Under the pieces are notes generated by a model. That model was not told the DNA's origin. It did not search any database and worked only from the letters and a program-made list of their open reading frames with translations. A stretch of 63,690 nucleotides of DNA, counting the filler. It is 20 parts of 20 records of this genome, joined end to end, with 100 filler letters (N's around TTAATTAATTAA, not from the genome) between each part and the next. Parts side by side here need not be neighbours in the genome. Positions count along the whole stretch, not along the records: positions 55,235 to 58,692 come from SRR16133337_26269; positions 58,793 to 61,397 come from SRR16133337_26458; positions 61,498 to 63,690 come from SRR16133337_26464; 17 more parts are not named here. One strand, written 5' to 3'. The position numbers and the translations under genes are program-made. Shown here one piece after another: positions 58,628 to 63,690 of this stretch. Numbering within the stretch: the stretch's first letter is position 1; every line of letters begins with the position of its first letter.

Positions 58628-61600
58628 AAATGAAAAAACTCATTAAATACGCCCAACATTTCACCAAGCTTGAATTAATAAAAGCTCGGTTANNNNNNNN
58701 NNNNNNNNNNNNNNNNNNNNNNNNNNNNNNNNNNNNTTAATTAATTAANNNNNNNNNNNNNNNNNNNNNNNNNNNNNNNNNNNNNNNNNNNNTCTTAACA
58801 CGCAAAATGAAATGTGTTCCCCCGCCCAAGAGAAAGAGCGCCCAAAAAATTGAATTGCCTTCTGCTCATTCTCTCGAAAATATTGTTGAATTTTTCTTTC
58901 GGGAACGTACAGCTGGAACGGTACGCTTCATTTTGAAAAGAAATACTTGTGGTTTTTGTGAAAAATAAAAAAATTACAGAATCCTCAAAAAAACATGTTC
59001 ATGCTCGTTTTCGACAAATTTTATTCCTACACGCATTTTTTATTTTCATGTTTTCTGAGCAAACTCCAAAACAATTCGTTCTCCTTTTATTACGTGTTGC
59101 TTGGATCTCATTTCAAGTGTTATGAAATAGGGTTGAATCTTATGGTCTAGCTTATTCAAGCATATCAGAAGTATGACTTGCTGACTTAATTGGGTGGAGT
59201 GTGTGGGAGTGGGGTGTCGGTTGGTGGGCGCTATGTGACTCAAATTCACAAGAAAATATTTTTCGCCAAAAATAAATATTTCCTCGAATTTTCACTAAAA
59301 ATGATTAATTTCACTAATTCCACCCAATCTATCTTTCATGGAAAAGCGATAGAGAAGTGTGAGCATATTCACAAATTTAACCAGTGTTAACAAAAATTGT
59401 GAAATATTAACACTAATTTCATCAGAAGATGTGAAAAAATAGGTGAAGTTTTGAATAAACGAAAATATTGTCATTATTATTAATAAAGTAAAAAAATCAA
59501 AAGTTTACTTGGTGGATTTATCATATGTTCAATTTTTCAATTTTGGAAGGGTGGCTTTTTACTGAAAGGAGGTGGGAGTGTTAGGTGGATTATGCATTGA
59601 TATACACTACATGGCTTGAATTACATGTATTTCTCTCAATTGTCCATAACAATCACTTACTCCACCCGCGCCTTTCGAAGGTTTATTTTCAAAAACAGAA
59701 GAATTGATTTATTTCGCGAAAATTGAGTAGCAAAAAGCTTGACTTTGAAAGGTATGGAAAAAATACCTTTGAAAGTCCCATGTGGAAAACAACATGTGGC
59801 ATGTTTCTTTACAAATTCATGAAAAGTATAGCAACTAAATATATACAGACCAAAGAATGACGAAGATATTAAATTTCATTTGTAAAAAATCCAAAACGCC
59901 ACAATTTTCACTATTTTCTACAATATCTGAAATTTTTGTTTGGGTGTTCAGGTATGATACCTGTTTAGAATTGTTAATCATTTCACATTTTTCAACCAAG
60001 TTTCAGTCCGTGAGGTGCATTTTTGTAGAAAATGCTAAATGCAAAATTCTATTTGTATTATTTTTGTACCCAGACTTTGTTTGAAAGTAAGCAGGCAAAA
60101 CGTAGTTGGAGATCGACGTCTCAAACGAAAGCATTTATATTTCATGATAACATTATGTGAAAAAAGATGGAAAATTTTGATTGAAATCGAAACGGGGTTG
60201 GTTTATTTCAAAAGCACTCAAAACCCAAAAAATCTTTTACGAGGAGTTTATTCATGGTGTGGTGGAGTGGGAGGTGGATGTGTGTTGATTCATTGATATG
60301 GATTGTACTCATTTGTCGATTGTAATGTGATGTAGAGATTATGAAGGCGTTCTCGCTTTACGAAGCTAGGCTTTTGGTGAAGGACGTTTATCGTCACATA
60401 GAAGCAAATAGTCCAAGCGCGTCAGAAGAAAGTTCTGCGGTATTGGATGAAGCGAGTGATGTGACGCTTGTAAGTTTTCTATTGACTACGATTTTGAATT
60501 AAGTGGGATGTGTGTGTATCTGTGGGTTTGTATTTAAATTTGTATTTACTCAAGCTCACGAACCACACATGTTGAAAGCGTTGTAAATATGGAAGGATAT
60601 TTTGTGGCACGTACCAGTTTGCAAAAACATGGATTTTGACGTTTTGAATGACGAAATACAGTACATATCTTCCTCTTTTATATATATCCACTCTGACAAC
60701 CTTCCACCGTTTTGAAAATTGAGAATTTTAAAACATTTTGGTTTTCGTGAGGAAGCGCCCCCATGCCACACAGTCACCCCTTGGATTTCAAAACTTACAT
60801 TTCTTAAAATTTCATGAAACTATTTTTAGTTTCCATCATCATTTTCTTTCGCTCCACATGTGAAATTTGTAGTAAAATCTTATAATTAATGTGGTGCTCA
60901 GACTTTTTAATGTGAAAACCAATTTTTCCCTCTTTGGTCTTGTACGGACCAAAGTGAAATATGGTTAGACTTTCGGGTCAAGAGAAAATAAAATGAATTT
61001 TTGCATTTTCGTTTTCAAGTGAAATTACATGTGAAAAATTGAAAAATTATTTTTAGGGATTCACATTTTTCGCGTTTTCACACTCTAAGACTGAAAATGT
61101 ACCCGAATAACGCTTTTGCGAACAAATTAGAAAATACTAACAATTTTCCCTTGGTTTGATTGTATTTAGCATCATCTTTGCTATTTTTAGATTGAAATCC
61201 CACAGGCTGAAAACAGGCAAAGCACAATGTTTTATGAAAATATATACTTCAACATTCTATTCTGGGTTACAAAATTAGTGGAAGCAACAAAAAATAGAAT
61301 TTAGACACCACAATTTGTCAAAGAGAGGGGGGTGGTGTGGGGTATGGGTGTGTCGGAGCAGGTGTGTGGTGGGGGTGGGGGTGGGGGTGAGGGAGATNNN
61401 NNNNNNNNNNNNNNNNNNNNNNNNNNNNNNNNNNNNNNNNNTTAATTAATTAANNNNNNNNNNNNNNNNNNNNNNNNNNNNNNNNNNNNNNNNNNNNTTA
61501 AAAACAAACGTGAAAGTTTGAGAAAAAAACCAACAACAACAACTTAATTTTAAAAGACGAATTTGTCGTGAAAAATGGACCCACTCCTACCCACCTACAC

Positions 61601-63690
61601 ACCACAATTTCCGAAGGATGTCCCACAAATTCCTATTTTCGAAGGGGGGTGGTTGTTTGACGATTAGTGCTCTACGCTCTGAAAACGCATACTCCCATAA
61701 TGAACACACTCAAAATTACAAAAATACGTAAACAGCAGAGAATCTGCCCTTGTATTGGAATTCGTACAATATCAAAGTTGCTCTCCCCACTCCGCCACAA
61801 CACTCGTGTTGAACTGAAAGCACTTTTCATTTTTGTCGACAGTAAAATGGCTTCTCTGAGGTATTCTCTTTCACCACAAATGCGGAGGAGTTTATTTGTG
61901 GCGCCGGAATGAAAATTAAAAAGGCGGGAAATAATATTGTTCATTTTTCGATATGAATTTTGTCGCCGGTTTGTTTATGAAATTTCTGTAGAATCCAAAA
62001 GTGGATCACCTCCCTTCTTCTTACCCCTCCTCCACCCCCCACTCCACACCCCAAAACAGAGCACCAGTGAATTCCAATGCGAATTCCATTTCAATGAAGT
62101 AATTGATATCTATTCACAAAACATCAAATCAAGAAAACCTGAAATTTCAGGTTGACGGAGAAAAACAAATTTGTAAGATTTAAAATTCTAAATTTTCATA
62201 TAATGCGAATATTTGAATTATATTCCGCGCTGAAACATTCGAAAAGCATCAAACACCCCACCAAAAAATAAAATTTTGAAAACAAACATGTCGTTTACGA
62301 ATAAAAAGATGTAAATATCCCATCGTTTTTCCAAAAAGATTCATTTCAAAAGTGGAGTTTTATTCAATTGATTTATTTCCCATGGAAATGTTAAACAAAG
62401 TAAGAAACGTCGGTGTGATAGCTTGAAATTTCCCCTTTGCACAAGCCAAAAAATTGTTAGGTGGTTGAATCCACAACGACCAATATTCTCATCTTGTGAA
62501 TTTATATTTTAGATGTTCTCCAGTAAGGAGAAATTGGCCCTACGCAGAAATGTAAAGGTAAGCTCATATTTTGTCATATTTTTTTGTGGTGAAATTTGTC
62601 GGTTTTTTGGGATACCACCCACCTTTTGTAGTCAGATTCGAAGGTGTCTTTGCGCCTACCACATTGGATATTTTTCATTATTTGTGTGATGGTGGCTATT
62701 TTTCACAAAGTCGGCTTATTTTGTTTTTGTGTTGTACCGCCACAAAATGAAAATATTTTGCGTAGAACAATGAAATTTTTAGTTTTTAGATTGCGTTATG
62801 GGGCGTTTTCTCGAAATGACCCGCCCAGCCAAAGAGGCCTGGGTATCTTTGCAGAACTTTCATCTTAAAAATTCACTTATGAGATAGATGCTTTATACAA
62901 ACTCCAGAATTTTTGTGATTTTTGTCGTAAAACACCCATCAAACTATTTTTCGCGAATCGAAATTGAATTTTTCATTTTGCATCGTTTGTTTAACAGAAT
63001 TCAGCTCGTGTGCATGTAAGCTCAATTAGCTTTCTTTGGGTATTTTTTTTGCATGCACACGTCGTTCTATCTGGCTTATTAATCTCATGAATTCCAAATT
63101 TACTCTATGCGATTGGGAAAACGTGCTTTGCTAACCCCTTTTTGCAATTGCGAATTCGGTTAATTATTAATTTTTGTTGAATATATTTCACAAAAAACGT
63201 GAACATTTTTTGTGAAACGCAAGAAAGTGTTTTCACTTGAAATTCTACAAGAATGAACACAGAAAGCACAATTACGGGTGACGTAAGTTTTTTAATTTTT
63301 TTAAAATTATTTTTCTTGAATTGTTTTGTGAAATGCCGTATAATATGATACCAATTGAGACGAAAATCAAATGCAGATCTCATGAAAAATGCATGACGAG
63401 TATAAATTAATGTATGGTGAGTAAAATAAGTGTGTAAAAATGGTAAACTGAAACTTTCCACCCCTACATTTTTTCACAGTCATAAAAAATTTGAAGGCAA
63501 CTTGGGATTTTCTTTTCTGGAGTTTTTCTGCAGTTTTCTGCTCTAGTAGAAAATATGAAAAATTCCCGGCGTAAAAGTAATTTTTTCTTTGAGTAGAACT
63601 ACTTTTTAAAGGCCGGGAATATTGGGATTGAAAAGGTCATTCCCGGTTCCCTGAAGATTAATTTCAAAACTATGCTCTTTTTTTGAAAAG

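Overview
This window is not one continuous replicon. It is 20 short contigs joined by 19 identical 100-nt artificial linkers (44 N + TTAATTAATTAA + 44 N), so adjacency across a linker means nothing. Three contigs are Flavobacteriaceae-like chromosome: 1-8472 (feoA, feoB, GGGP synthase, PPTase, ahcY, miaB, sigma54-type activator), 23076-27226 (glycosyltransferase cluster) and 36721-39340 (DUF4837-like lipoprotein and mltD, with an Illumina adapter remnant). One contig (8573-10633) is a Bacteroidota-type phage lysis module. One bacterial contig (55235-58692) is the best candidate for an undescribed system: an ECF-like sigma factor, a 111-aa partner and an ImmA/IrrE metallopeptidase, transcribed divergently across a perfect palindrome from five small genes (57-aa basic protein, 49-aa membrane peptide, DUF1883, Zn-ribbon protein, stand-alone GIY-YIG nuclease). 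The other 15 contigs come from an AT-rich eukaryote with GT-AG introns whose lineage I cannot determine. In them I reconstructed spliced fragments of DMC1, NIPBL/Scc2, a UBC/E2 domain, a mitochondrial 2-oxoacid dehydrogenase E2 and an SdrD-B-repeat protein whose intron holds three stacked TA-flanked MITEs, plus an intronless hAT transposase. All family assignments come from motif recognition by eye, not from database searches.
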